A stretch of DNA of 64,000 nt, taken from the NCBI GenBank assembly GCA_964435035.1, contig CAYSXR010000001.1, forward strand, positions 144,192 to 208,191, in the 5' to 3' direction. Positions 1 through 9,580 of this stretch are shown here, piece after piece. The position numbers and the translations under genes are program-made. Position 1 is the stretch's first letter. Every line of letters begins with the position of its first letter. Below the pieces are notes generated by a model. That model did no database searches and was not told the DNA's origin. It saw nothing but the letters and a program-made list of their open reading frames with translations. This stretch comes from an uncultured Gammaproteobacteria bacterium (GTDB lineage Bacteria > Patescibacteriota > Patescibacteriia > Magasanikbacterales > UBA922).

Positions 1-117
1 GTCGAAAGTAAAATACGCAACTGGTTGCGTCTAGTATGGTAGGTAGTATATACTAATTTCACCTCAAAATCAACCAGAATAAAGTTTAAAAGACCTAAAA
101 GGTTAAAGTAAGATTTT

Positions 118-219
118 ATCCGTTTCAATCCGTCAAATCCGTGTTATCTGTGTTCTATTGCACAACATTCGCTTAATGGAACACGGATTGAACGGATAAC
201 ACGGATATACACGGATTTT
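118..219. promoter_or_regulatory. Array of 7 ACGGAT/ATCCGT hexamers (3 as ATCCGT at ~10-bp spacing, then a 30-bp core, then 4 as ACGGAT at 9-10-bp spacing), upstream of the phosphohexomutase gene
   Basis: Direct reading: atccgtttcaatccgtcaaatccgtg ... aacacggattgaacggataacacggatatacacggatt. The same octamer AACGGATT recurs at 3968-3997 and 6014-6021. Confidence 0.4.
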
Positions 220-239
220 AATCAATGTAAATCAATATT

Positions 240-1604
240 ATGGTTTATCCAAAACACATATTTAAAGCATACGACATTCGTGGGCTTGCAGAATCAGAAC
301 TTTCAGAAGAACTCGCTTGGTCAGTAGGGCACACATTTGCTCATATACTTGAAAAAAACGGAGTAGCATTGTCGGGTCGCTCCATTGTGGTTGGGTATGA
401 CATGAGACCAACAAGTATTCCCTTTGCCAAAAAAGTAATTGAAGGAATCCAGGCGCATGGAGTGTCGGTCGTGGATATTGGGCTTACCTCGACTCCGGTA
501 TTTAATTTTGCGTGTGCACATTACCCAGCTCATGCGGGGGGAATTATGGTGACTGCAAGTCATAATCCTGCAGAATACAATGGATTCAAGTTGACGTATG
601 AAAACGGATTGGCATTGGGTACCGGAAGCGGGATGGAAGAACTCCGTGATTTGATTATTTCCAATTATCGAGAAGAAAAACCAGAAAAAGGAGGGTATAC
701 AACATATGCGGTAGTGGATGAATATGTAGCATATATTTTGAGCTTAGTAGATACCTCAAAAATTAGACCCATGAAAATCGTGGTCGATGCGGGAAATGGA
801 ATGGCAAGTGTCTCAATTCCAAAATTACTCGAAAAACTTCCAGTCACTGTTGAGTATCTATTTCTCGAACCAGATGGGACATTCCCAAATCATGAAGCAA
901 ATCCACTGAAAGAGGAAACATTGAGAGATCTTCAAAAGAAAGTAATAGAAAATAACGCAGATTTTGGATTTGCACTTGATGGTGATGCTGATCGTATTGG
1001 ATTGGTAGATGAAATGGGCGAAGTGGTACCTGCATCATTTGTGGGTGGGCTGGTAGGGCTTGAAATTTTGAAATTACATCCAGGAGCACACATGTTCTAC
1101 GATCTTCGTATGAGTCGAAGTGTCAAAGAAGCATGGGAATCACATGGAGCAACTACTGAGATATGTAAGGTAGGGCATGCCAATATTAAGCGTATGATGA
1201 AAGATAAGAAAGCAATATTTGCGGCTGAGCTATCACTTCATTTGTTCTATCAAGATACGCATGATGTGGAGTCTACTGATTTTTCATTATTACTTGTCTT
1301 ATTGATGCTTTCGGGCACCGATAAAAAATTAAACGAATTGTGGAGGCCATTGCAAAAATATGCACATTCAGGAGAAATTAATTTTCATGTGGAGAATGCC
1401 GATGTGATTATTTCAGAATTAAAAGAAACGTATGCGGATGCAAAAATTAACGAACTTGACGGGGTATTATTTGAATATCCCGAATGTTGGATTAGCGTAC
1501 GCAAGAGTAATACTGAGCCGGTATTAAGGTTGATTATTGAAGCTGAAGACAAAAAGAAAATGGACCAATTGGTCAAAGAGATTTCCGCGAGTATCAGTGC
1601 ATAG
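240..1604 (+). CDS. Phosphomannomutase/phosphoglucomutase (alpha-D-phosphohexomutase family)
   Basis: 454-aa ORF with the TASHNPAEYNGFK active-site Ser loop and a DGDADR Mg-binding loop characteristic of PMM/PGM. Confidence 0.85.
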   Translation: MVYPKHIFKAYDIRGLAESELSEELAWSVGHTFAHILEKNGVALSGRSIVVGYDMRPTSIPFAKKVIEGIQAHGVSVVDIGLTSTPVFNFACAHYPAHAGGIMVTASHNPAEYNGFKLTYENGLALGTGSGMEELRDLIISNYREEKPEKGGYTTYAVVDEYVAYILSLVDTSKIRPMKIVVDAGNGMASVSIPKLLEKLPVTVEYLFLEPDGTFPNHEANPLKEETLRDLQKKVIENNADFGFALDGDADRIGLVDEMGEVVPASFVGGLVGLEILKLHPGAHMFYDLRMSRSVKEAWESHGATTEICKVGHANIKRMMKDKKAIFAAELSLHLFYQDTHDVESTDFSLLLVLLMLSGTDKKLNELWRPLQKYAHSGEINFHVENADVIISELKETYADAKINELDGVLFEYPECWISVRKSNTEPVLRLIIEAEDKKKMDQLVKEISASISA

Positions 1605-1608
1605 AATT

Positions 1609-3060
1609 TTAAGACTTTAATTCCTGCTGTAGTTCAATTAGAATAATTTTTTTGATGTCATCGACTAAACCTTCCTCATCTGTATAAGAGTCTTCAATTT
1701 CTTGCTCAAAGGAATCTTCGGAAATAGTTATGCCAGTACCGGCAAATTGTTCGTGGAAACTTCCAAATACATGAAGATCATTTTTTATCTGAAGAGTTGG
1801 AAATGTTTGGTGTAATTTATGTATGATTGTGTCAGCTAGTAAAATATCCTGCTCTCTGTTTCTTTCGGGTGAAACAAAGCTGTGGTACGTGGGAGTTTTT
1901 GCAGGTTCAACAGATGTATGGTAAACAGAATTATAGGTTTCTCCTATACCGAGATTGATTTTGACGGACTCTGTTGCGTAGGCACTTTTTTCTGGGAATA
2001 CCATTAACACGTCATTCCAAATGGTGATTGCACGTTCTTGTGCCAAAAAGCCTAACTCGAGCATAGCAGCCGTAGTCATTTTACTTTTTCCTAGGAATAT
2101 TTCATTAAATGCCTCTATTTTCCGATGCAAAGAGTAACGTTGTGCGTCTTTTTCAATAAGTTGTGCTTGTATAGTTTCCACTGCTTCTCTGCAGCTAGAG
2201 CGTTTATATGAAAATAAAATTGCCTTCATCTCTTTTTTTTTGGTGCGTCCTACGACATCGCCGACCATATCTTTATCATCGCAGGTTTTTAAAAATTCGA
2301 TAACTTCGTTATATAACAAAATTACCTCTGTTTCGGTAATATATTTATTTTGTAATTTTGTTGCGATTTCATTTTTTTTATAAATGTAATCTCGAATTTG
2401 TTGTTGGGTCCACTTGTCTAAGATCGTATCAATATCAATCATTCCTTCAGTCATCAAATTTTCAATGAGGGTGTGTGTAGGAATTTTCTCTTCGTTGTAG
2501 TGATAACGTGGTGTATATATTTTATTTTTAGGATCGGTAATATTAGTGAGTTCTCCGCGATTTCCAAAATTAGGATAATGAGGTGAAGAGCCATGTACCT
2601 CAATTTGATTGCCTTCAAATAATCCATACTGTCCGTCATATTGACAAGATAGGATAATCAGGTGGGCTGGGCGTATCGAAATAGAAAATTCATTGGGTTC
2701 TTTTTTTTGTCTATCAGACTGTGTTTGGTTGACTTGGGTTGATGGAGATTCAATAAGTCTGATTAATCTTCGTAAAAAGGAGGTAGTCAATTTTTTTTCA
2801 TGAGTAAGATCAACAGAAGTAATCTCATTCGGAGGAATTTTATTAGATAAATCTGGAATCAGTGCAGCTAGTTCTGCATCAATACAGCATGAAGATGTAT
2901 CTTTATCCCAGTCAACATCTTCTTCAAAAGAATCCAATGTTGCGTTTAACCATTGAAGCACGTGTTCACGAACTTCTCGTTTTTTTTCAGTTTCTAGATT
3001 AGGTTTTGTTTCGATTTTATTAAATTCGTCTGGTCTATGGTGAGACTCTGGGTTAGACAT
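1609..3060 (-). CDS. Hypothetical protein (483 aa), no recognizable family
   Basis: Long uninterrupted ORF with host-like AT-rich codon usage. The C-terminal VFGSFHEQFAGTG segment vaguely resembles a nucleotidyltransferase GS motif, but no DxD follows it. Confidence 0.55.
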   Translation of the reverse strand: MSNPESHHRPDEFNKIETKPNLETEKKREVREHVLQWLNATLDSFEEDVDWDKDTSSCCIDAELAALIPDLSNKIPPNEITSVDLTHEKKLTTSFLRRLIRLIESPSTQVNQTQSDRQKKEPNEFSISIRPAHLIILSCQYDGQYGLFEGNQIEVHGSSPHYPNFGNRGELTNITDPKNKIYTPRYHYNEEKIPTHTLIENLMTEGMIDIDTILDKWTQQQIRDYIYKKNEIATKLQNKYITETEVILLYNEVIEFLKTCDDKDMVGDVVGRTKKKEMKAILFSYKRSSCREAVETIQAQLIEKDAQRYSLHRKIEAFNEIFLGKSKMTTAAMLELGFLAQERAITIWNDVLMVFPEKSAYATESVKINLGIGETYNSVYHTSVEPAKTPTYHSFVSPERNREQDILLADTIIHKLHQTFPTLQIKNDLHVFGSFHEQFAGTGITISEDSFEQEIEDSYTDEEGLVDDIKKIILIELQQELKS

Positions 3061-3070
3061 ATGTATTATC

Positions 3071-3943
3071 TTACATTGTTCTCAGTCTCTTAACTCTTTC
3101 CTCAATCGGTGGGTGAGTAGAAAAAGCATTCGCAAACATTTTGCCTTTAAACGGATTTGAAATGAATAGATGAGCCGTTGCAGAGTTTGCAGTTTTCAAG
3201 GGTACATTTGATTGTTGAATTTTCTCGAGTGCCTTTGCTAGGCCTTCAGGGTATCGGGTCATGAGAGCCCCAGACGCATCAGCTAGATATTCACGTTTGC
3301 GTGAAACTGCAAGCTTGATAAGCTCTGCAATAATCGGGGAGAGGATGAGTAATACAATCCCAACGATTGCGAGAACTCCACCTGCTTTACTATCAGAATC
3401 ACGTTTTCCGCCAAAAAGACCAAATCGGAAAAACATATCAGCGAGAAGCGATACGGTTCCTACTAGTACAATGACAATGGTCATGACGCGAATATCAAAA
3501 TTTTTGACGTGTGATAATTCGTGTGCGAGTACCCCTTCAAGCTCTTCATTTTCAAGTGCATTGATAAGTCCGGTAGTAACGGCAATTGAAGCATGTTCAG
3601 GATCTCGTCCAGTCGCAAATGCATTTAAGGCAGGAGAATCGATAATGTGTACGCGTGGCGTAGACATGCCATTGGCAATTGCGAGGTTTTCTACCATGCG
3701 ATACACATAGGGATTATCTTCTTTTTTAATTTCCTTGGCACCGGTGGATCGGAGTGCAATTGCATCACCTTTGTAATACGAGATAAGAGTCATAACAATC
3801 GAGATGATGAATGCGAGGAAAACAGACTCGTATCCAAGACCAAGATAACTCGCGCCAAGCCAGCCAAGTCCAATGATGAATGCACAAAAAATTGCGATAA
3901 GCATTCTCGTTTTTCGTTTATTACTGTCGATTTGGCTATACAT
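3071..3943 (-). CDS. htpX: Zinc metalloprotease HtpX (peptidase M48)
   Basis: N-terminal TM helices, HELSHV (HExxH) motif, downstream Glu, about 290 aa. Adjacent to lemA as in many genomes. Confidence 0.85.
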   Translation of the reverse strand: MYSQIDSNKRKTRMLIAIFCAFIIGLGWLGASYLGLGYESVFLAFIISIVMTLISYYKGDAIALRSTGAKEIKKEDNPYVYRMVENLAIANGMSTPRVHIIDSPALNAFATGRDPEHASIAVTTGLINALENEELEGVLAHELSHVKNFDIRVMTIVIVLVGTVSLLADMFFRFGLFGGKRDSDSKAGGVLAIVGIVLLILSPIIAELIKLAVSRKREYLADASGALMTRYPEGLAKALEKIQQSNVPLKTANSATAHLFISNPFKGKMFANAFSTHPPIEERVKRLRTM

Positions 3944-3965
3944 ACATTAATAATAGAACACAGAT

Positions 3966-4026
3966 CTAACGGATTGAACGGAATTGAAACGGATTTAATT
4001 TCTTAATTTCCAATTTCTCAATTTCG
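3966..4026. promoter_or_regulatory. Two adjacent direct-repeat arrays in the htpX upstream region: AACGGATT x3 (9-10-bp spacing) then AATTTC x4 (7-8-bp spacing)
   Basis: Direct reading of aacggattgaacggaattgaaacggatttaatttcttaatttccaatttctcaatttcg. Confidence 0.35.
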
Positions 4027-4057
4027 TATTTATTTTATCTGTGGTGAGAGGCTAATC

Positions 4058-4621
4058 CTAGAAAGTAACCTTCACATTTTCCCTCTCCTTCGCATCTTCG
4101 ATTTCGAAGTATTCAAACTTAGTGAATTTCAATTGTCCTGCAATCATGTTGTTTGGGAATGATTCAATTTTGGTATTGAAATCACGAACCATGGTGTTAT
4201 AGAAGCGACGCGATGCTTGTATTTTGTTCTCAGTATCTGATAATTCATCCATCAATTGTGCAACATTCGTATTTGCCTTGAGATCTGGATATGCTTCGAA
4301 AGCGACTTGTAATTTACCAAGACTACTTCCGAGCATGCTTTCAGCTGAGGCAAGAGCCTGAGTGTCGCCACTGCTTTGAGCAGACATTGCTGCTGTTCGG
4401 TATTTGGTTACATTTTCAAGAATTTCACGTTCATGAGTCATGAATCCTTTGACACTAGCGATTAAGTTGGGGATGAGATCATGGCGGCGTTTGAGCTGTA
4501 CATCAATATCACTCCATCCTTCTTGGGTACGGTTGCGAAGCCGGATAAGAGCGTTATAGAGAAAAATAACCCAGAGCACAATTACTCCTACTACTATTAA
4601 TACAATAACAAGTGGGGGCAT
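4058..4621 (-). CDS. lemA: LemA family membrane protein
   Basis: N-terminal TM followed by the LemA signature NALIRLRN...WSDIDVQLKRRHDLIPNL. Confidence 0.85.
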   Translation of the reverse strand: MPPLVIVLIVVGVIVLWVIFLYNALIRLRNRTQEGWSDIDVQLKRRHDLIPNLIASVKGFMTHEREILENVTKYRTAAMSAQSSGDTQALASAESMLGSSLGKLQVAFEAYPDLKANTNVAQLMDELSDTENKIQASRRFYNTMVRDFNTKIESFPNNMIAGQLKFTKFEYFEIEDAKERENVKVTF

Positions 4622-4812
4622 AGAGACATGATTAAGATTAACAATTTAAAATGAGTAACTAACAAGTGGTATTATGTTAGCCTTTCGCTGTTTAACGTTG
4701 CTTAAATGAAATTCATTCGGCTATTGAATAAAGGGCCTATGTGTGAAATAATTAGAACCGTACAATTTAATTGTAGAGAAAGTTTAACATTTGGTCAATA
4801 CTAAGCGAATTT

Positions 4813-5982
4813 ATGGTCACTATCCTATTGTTTATTGTTATACTTGGTGTTTTGGTAGTAGTACATGAATGGGGACATTATTACAGTGCAAAAAAATTTG
4901 GTATCAAAGTCCATGAATTTGGTTTTGGCTATCCACCGCGCGCTTTTGGGTGGTATCGTGATCCAAAGACCAAAAAGATCGTCTGGATCTGGGGAAAAGG
5001 TAAAAGTAGTCTCAAAGAGACGGTATCGGGTAATGAACAAAATTCTGAATTTCCTGGAATGCTTTGGAGTATAAATTGGCTTCCACTTGGTGGATTTGTG
5101 CGTATCAAGGGTGAGAATGGCGAACGAGCTAAGGAAGCTGATAGTTTTGGATACCATAAAGCGTGGAAACGAATTACTGTGTTAGCGGCTGGTGTCATTA
5201 TGAATTTTATTCTTGCTGCAGTGGTGCTGGGGTTTGGATTTATGATTGGACTTCCCACAGATCTGTCGGAGGGAATAGATAAACATGCACAAATCGTTGA
5301 AGCTCCAAGTGTTATCGTAGAATCAGTAGAAGAAGGATTGCCCGCTGATGTTGCAGGTATGGTATTTGGGGACAAAATTACTTCAGTCGATGGAGTTCTT
5401 GTAGCTGGGGCGAACGACTTAATTGAATATATCAAGACACATGGAGACAATGAAGTCACGGTGCGTATCATGCGTGGACAAGAAGAGCTTGATATAAAAC
5501 TTACGCCTACCGTGACAGATGGGGAGAGCGCTCCTCGACTTGGAATTTCGATTGCTGAAGCGGGAATCATTAGATACCCATGGTACATAGCAATCTATAA
5601 AGGATTTGCTGCGGCAGGAATTGGTCTTATAACGATATTTGTTTCATTTTATTATCTCATTGGAAGCCTTGTTACTGGGCAGGGTCTCATGTTTGATATC
5701 GCAGGGCCTGTGGGAATTGCGCAGATTGTAGGACAGAGCGCAAAACTTGGTTTCCATTATGTGTTAAATGTCGTCGCCATGCTCTCTCTTAGTCTTGCGG
5801 CGATTAATATTTTACCTATTCCAGCGCTAGATGGGGGACGTATCTTGTTTATCATCATTGAAAAAATTATTGGTCGACCAGTATCCATGAAATACGAGCA
5901 ACTTGCACATACGATTGGATTTCTATTATTAATGGCCCTTGTTGTAGTGGTCACCTGGAGAGATATCGCAAAACTCTTTTAA
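4813..5982 (+). CDS. rseP: RIP (site-2) zinc metalloprotease RseP, peptidase M50 with PDZ
   Basis: HEWGHY (HExxH) in TM1, a PDZ-like middle region, and the NILPIPALDGGRI motif near the C-terminus. Confidence 0.85.
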   Translation: MVTILLFIVILGVLVVVHEWGHYYSAKKFGIKVHEFGFGYPPRAFGWYRDPKTKKIVWIWGKGKSSLKETVSGNEQNSEFPGMLWSINWLPLGGFVRIKGENGERAKEADSFGYHKAWKRITVLAAGVIMNFILAAVVLGFGFMIGLPTDLSEGIDKHAQIVEAPSVIVESVEEGLPADVAGMVFGDKITSVDGVLVAGANDLIEYIKTHGDNEVTVRIMRGQEELDIKLTPTVTDGESAPRLGISIAEAGIIRYPWYIAIYKGFAAAGIGLITIFVSFYYLIGSLVTGQGLMFDIAGPVGIAQIVGQSAKLGFHYVLNVVAMLSLSLAAINILPIPALDGGRILFIIIEKIIGRPVSMKYEQLAHTIGFLLLMALVVVVTWRDIAKLF

Positions 5983-6066
5983 AACATTGATTTAGACAGA
6001 TTAAAACGGATTACGCAGAAAATATTTATCAGTCTAAATCAATTGAATCTGTGTAATCAATGTTAT

Positions 6067-7098
6067 ATGATTGAAAAATTAGAAAGTATAAAAAAAGAAG
6101 CAATTACTGAGGTCAAAAAAGTAACGTCACTTATTGACCTTGAAGCTGTGCGTGAACGTTTTTTTTCTCGGAAAACGGGCACCTTTACAGTGCTTGTAAA
6201 AAACATGAAAGGATTGTCAGATGCTGAACGCAAAGCAGTGGGGCAAAAAATAAATGAAGTGAAAGTCGCGATTGAATCTGAATTTGAAAACAAAAAAGGA
6301 GAGTTTGAAAGCCAAGTATGGGATTCAATTGGAAAAACTGAGGTGCTTGATGTAACCCAACCAAAAGTTGAAGGAGTTAGTCGGGGCCATGTTCATCCAA
6401 TGTCTGCTGTCCACACTGAACTTGAGGATTTGTTTACCTCAATGGGATTCATTCTTCTTGATGGTCCTGAGCTTGAGAGTGAATATTATAATTTTGATGC
6501 CTTGAATATTCCAGAGAACCATCCAGCAAGAGATTCACAAGATACTTTTTTTATCAAAGATCATACTGAATGGGTGATGCGCACACACACCAGTCCGGTA
6601 CAGATCCGTGCAATGCAAAAATATGGCGCACCTTTGCGTGCAGTCGTCTCTGGTCGCTGTTTTAGAAATGAGTCAACTGATGCAAGTCACGAACATACAT
6701 TTTATCAAATGGAAGGTATTGTAATTGATAAAAATATTTCAATTGCAAACCTAATCGGGGTTATGAAAGAATTATTAAAAGGTGTACTCCGAAAAGATGT
6801 TGAAGTACGATTGCGCCCTGGATATTTTCCTTTTGTTGAACCGGGATTTGAACTTGATATGAAATGTTTGGTATGTGCGGGGGTAGGATGTGGTGCATGC
6901 AAACATAGTGGTTGGATCGAAACTTTGCCATGCGGTTTAGTTCACCCGAAAGTAATTGAAGCAGGAGGACTTGATCCGAAAGTATGGAGCGGTTTTGCAT
7001 TTGGTCTAGGATCCATGCGTCTCTGTATGCAAAAATATGGAATTGAAGATATTCGCCAATTGCATGGTGGAAATTTAAGTTTTCTTGAACAGTTTTAA
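6067..7098 (+). CDS. pheS: Phenylalanine--tRNA ligase alpha subunit
   Basis: Class II aaRS motifs (FRNESTDASHEHTFYQMEG, GLGSMR). The ORF track starts at a TTG at 6043; the first in-frame ATG is 6067. Confidence 0.9.
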   Translation: MIEKLESIKKEAITEVKKVTSLIDLEAVRERFFSRKTGTFTVLVKNMKGLSDAERKAVGQKINEVKVAIESEFENKKGEFESQVWDSIGKTEVLDVTQPKVEGVSRGHVHPMSAVHTELEDLFTSMGFILLDGPELESEYYNFDALNIPENHPARDSQDTFFIKDHTEWVMRTHTSPVQIRAMQKYGAPLRAVVSGRCFRNESTDASHEHTFYQMEGIVIDKNISIANLIGVMKELLKGVLRKDVEVRLRPGYFPFVEPGFELDMKCLVCAGVGCGACKHSGWIETLPCGLVHPKVIEAGGLDPKVWSGFAFGLGSMRLCMQKYGIEDIRQLHGGNLSFLEQF

Positions 7099-7100
7099 TT

Positions 7101-9566
7101 ATGCTTATTTCATACAAGTGGCTCAAACAATACGTCGATCTTCCAGACTCTCTGTCGCCTGCAGAGCTGGGTTTGGCATTGACTATGTCGACGGTCGAAG
7201 TCGAAGGAGTGGAGTATCAGGGAAAACAATTTGAAAATTTGGTCGTTGGTATCATACAAAAAGTAAAAAAACATGAAAATGCTGACTCGCTCAAAGTGTG
7301 TGATGTAGATGCGGGGAGTGAAATAGTACAAATTGTGTGTGGTGGATCAAATGTACGTGAAGGAATGAAAGTTATTTTAGGAAAAGTTGGTGCACGGGTG
7401 AAATGGCATGGGGAAGGAGAGCTTGTGGAACTTGCTCCAACAAAAATTCGCGGAGTTGAATCATTTGGCATGATTTGCGGGTCAGATGAAGTTGGTCTCC
7501 TTGAAATGTTTCCAAAAAAAGAAGAAAAAGAAATCGCAGACTTATCAAAAGTCAAAGCAAAGGCAGGGACTCCGCTTGCAGAAGCGCTGGAGCTTAATGA
7601 TGTGGTAATTGAGGTGGATAATAAATCAATCAATCATCGTCCAGACCTGTGGGGGCACTATGGAATGGCTCGTGAAGTTGCTGCAAAATACCGAAAGAAA
7701 TGGTCAGTGTACACAGTTCCTGAGATAAAAGAAGGTGGTGAGAAAAAAATTAAAGTCACGATTGAGGATGCGGCGAATTCAATGAAATATACGGCGGTTG
7801 CACTGGATGGGATAACTATTGGTCCATCGCCCGAAAAACTGCAAGCGCGCCTCCGAGCTGTGGGAATTCGTCCGATCAATAATATTGTCGACATTACTAA
7901 CTACGTCATGTGTGATTTGGGTCAGCCAATGCATGCATTCGATAGTTCAAAACTCAAAAGTCAAAAGTCGAAACTAGAGATTTCAGTTAGAAGGGCAAAG
8001 CCTGGAGAGACACTGGTTGGAATTGATGGAAAAGAGCGAAATTTAAATGAAGAGATGCTTGTTATTGCAGATAGTGAAAAGCCAATCGCGCTTGCTGGAA
8101 TTATTGGTGGAAAAGAGACTGAAATTACTGATTCTACTACTTCAATTATTTTTGAGTCGGCTCATTTTAATGCTGCATTGATCAGAAAAACTACCACCAA
8201 ACTTGGACTCCGGACTGATTCAAGTTCTCGATTTGAAAAAAGTTTGGATCCGAATAATTGTATCTATGCACTTAAACGTGCGGTTGAACTCACACTCGAA
8301 GTCTGTTCTGGGGCACGAGTAGTGAGTAATATTGCTGAAAAGGGAAAATCAATTGTGTTCACGGGTCCAATTACTATTACCAAAAAATTTATTGATACAA
8401 AAATAGGAGCGAGTATTCCTACCAAAGAATGTGTACGAATTTTGGAAAATCTAGGATTTGGTGTTGCGGTTAGTGGTAAAAAAGAGGAAGAAACTCTGAA
8501 GATTGAGGTACCAAGCTGGAGAGGGACTAAAGATATCTCAACCCCCGAAGACATGGTTGAAGAAATCGCACGCATGTATGGATATGGAAATGTGGAAACA
8601 ACACTGCCTATGTTTACGATTACTCCACCCGAGCGAAATGAAGTGAAAATGGTGGAAAGAAAAGTTAGAAACACACTTTCGACCATGTTTGGGTTTACTG
8701 AAACTTTGAATTATTCTTTTGTTTCACCGCGATTGCTGCAGTTATTACATCTTGATGTGTCAGAACATATCGAACTTGCAAATCCAATTGCAAGTGACCG
8801 TCCATATCTTCGTCGAAGTTTATTGCCAAATATATTGGAATTAGTAGAAAGAAATTCGCATGAATATGATGAGGTGAAAGTGTATGAAATTGGAAAAACG
8901 TATCTGAGAGAAGAAGCGGGTCCACGTGTATCTGAAAGTGGTGATGATTTATTACCACGACAAGATGTGGTGTTGGGAATTGCCTGTTTGAAAAAAGGGG
9001 AAAACACTCCATTCTTTACTGTTGCAGAAGCAATTCGAGAAATTGGAAAAGTCTCTGGGGTTGAGCTCGTAATTGAACCAATGGTTGCTTCAGCTGACTA
9101 TATACACCCAGGTCGTGTTGCAAGAGTTGCAACAGCATCCGGAGACTATGTGGGTGATATGTTTGAACTTCACCCGAAGATTGCACAGGATTTTGGTTTT
9201 TCTGATCGAGTTGCATATGCAGAATTAAATCTACGTGTACTATCTGAATTCGCTCGTACTCATTCAAATTATAAGGCACTTTCATTATATCCAGTAGTTG
9301 TCCGTGATGTTGCATTTGCTGTACAGACTATGGTATTCCATCGTGATATCCACACAGCACTTGTAGAAGCTCATCCATTAATTACCTCAGTAACACTTTT
9401 TGATGTGTTTGAGGGAAAAAATGTGGGAGAGGGGAAGAAAAGTATGGCATATCGGATTACATATCAATCAAAAGAAAAAACACTGGAGACGTCTGAAATT
9501 GATGAGGCACATAAAACAGTAGAAAAAATTCTCAAAGAAAAATTCAAAGCTGAAATTCGAACCTAA
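7101..9566 (+). CDS. pheT: Phenylalanine--tRNA ligase beta subunit
   Basis: 821 aa with the typical PheT N-terminus (MxISYKWLKQYVDL, tRNA-binding domain) and B3/4, B5 and FDX-ACB-like regions. Immediately follows pheS. Confidence 0.9.
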   Translation: MLISYKWLKQYVDLPDSLSPAELGLALTMSTVEVEGVEYQGKQFENLVVGIIQKVKKHENADSLKVCDVDAGSEIVQIVCGGSNVREGMKVILGKVGARVKWHGEGELVELAPTKIRGVESFGMICGSDEVGLLEMFPKKEEKEIADLSKVKAKAGTPLAEALELNDVVIEVDNKSINHRPDLWGHYGMAREVAAKYRKKWSVYTVPEIKEGGEKKIKVTIEDAANSMKYTAVALDGITIGPSPEKLQARLRAVGIRPINNIVDITNYVMCDLGQPMHAFDSSKLKSQKSKLEISVRRAKPGETLVGIDGKERNLNEEMLVIADSEKPIALAGIIGGKETEITDSTTSIIFESAHFNAALIRKTTTKLGLRTDSSSRFEKSLDPNNCIYALKRAVELTLEVCSGARVVSNIAEKGKSIVFTGPITITKKFIDTKIGASIPTKECVRILENLGFGVAVSGKKEEETLKIEVPSWRGTKDISTPEDMVEEIARMYGYGNVETTLPMFTITPPERNEVKMVERKVRNTLSTMFGFTETLNYSFVSPRLLQLLHLDVSEHIELANPIASDRPYLRRSLLPNILELVERNSHEYDEVKVYEIGKTYLREEAGPRVSESGDDLLPRQDVVLGIACLKKGENTPFFTVAEAIREIGKVSGVELVIEPMVASADYIHPGRVARVATASGDYVGDMFELHPKIAQDFGFSDRVAYAELNLRVLSEFARTHSNYKALSLYPVVVRDVAFAVQTMVFHRDIHTALVEAHPLITSVTLFDVFEGKNVGEGKKSMAYRITYQSKEKTLETSEIDEAHKTVEKILKEKFKAEIRT

Positions 9567-9580
9567 TTTAGTTAATTTAA

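Noticed and set aside
3261-4006. Plus-strand ORFs 3261-3710 and 3647-4006 opposite htpX; also 17241-17930(-) inside the ATPase gene, 35894-36370(+) inside ABC-F, and 20052-20660(-) inside pyk
   Set aside because: They are antisense to well-supported conserved genes; no independent signals.
6043-6066. TTG start for pheS proposed by the ORF track (also the 10901 start for the small membrane protein and the 49338 start for island gene 3)
   Set aside because: The first in-frame ATG at 6067 gives a canonical PheS N-terminus. 10901 lies inside the upstream terminator hairpin. 49338-49685 is AT-rich leader containing the promoter and tandem repeats, and the true start is ATG 49686 with a GGAGG RBS and a lipoprotein signal peptide.
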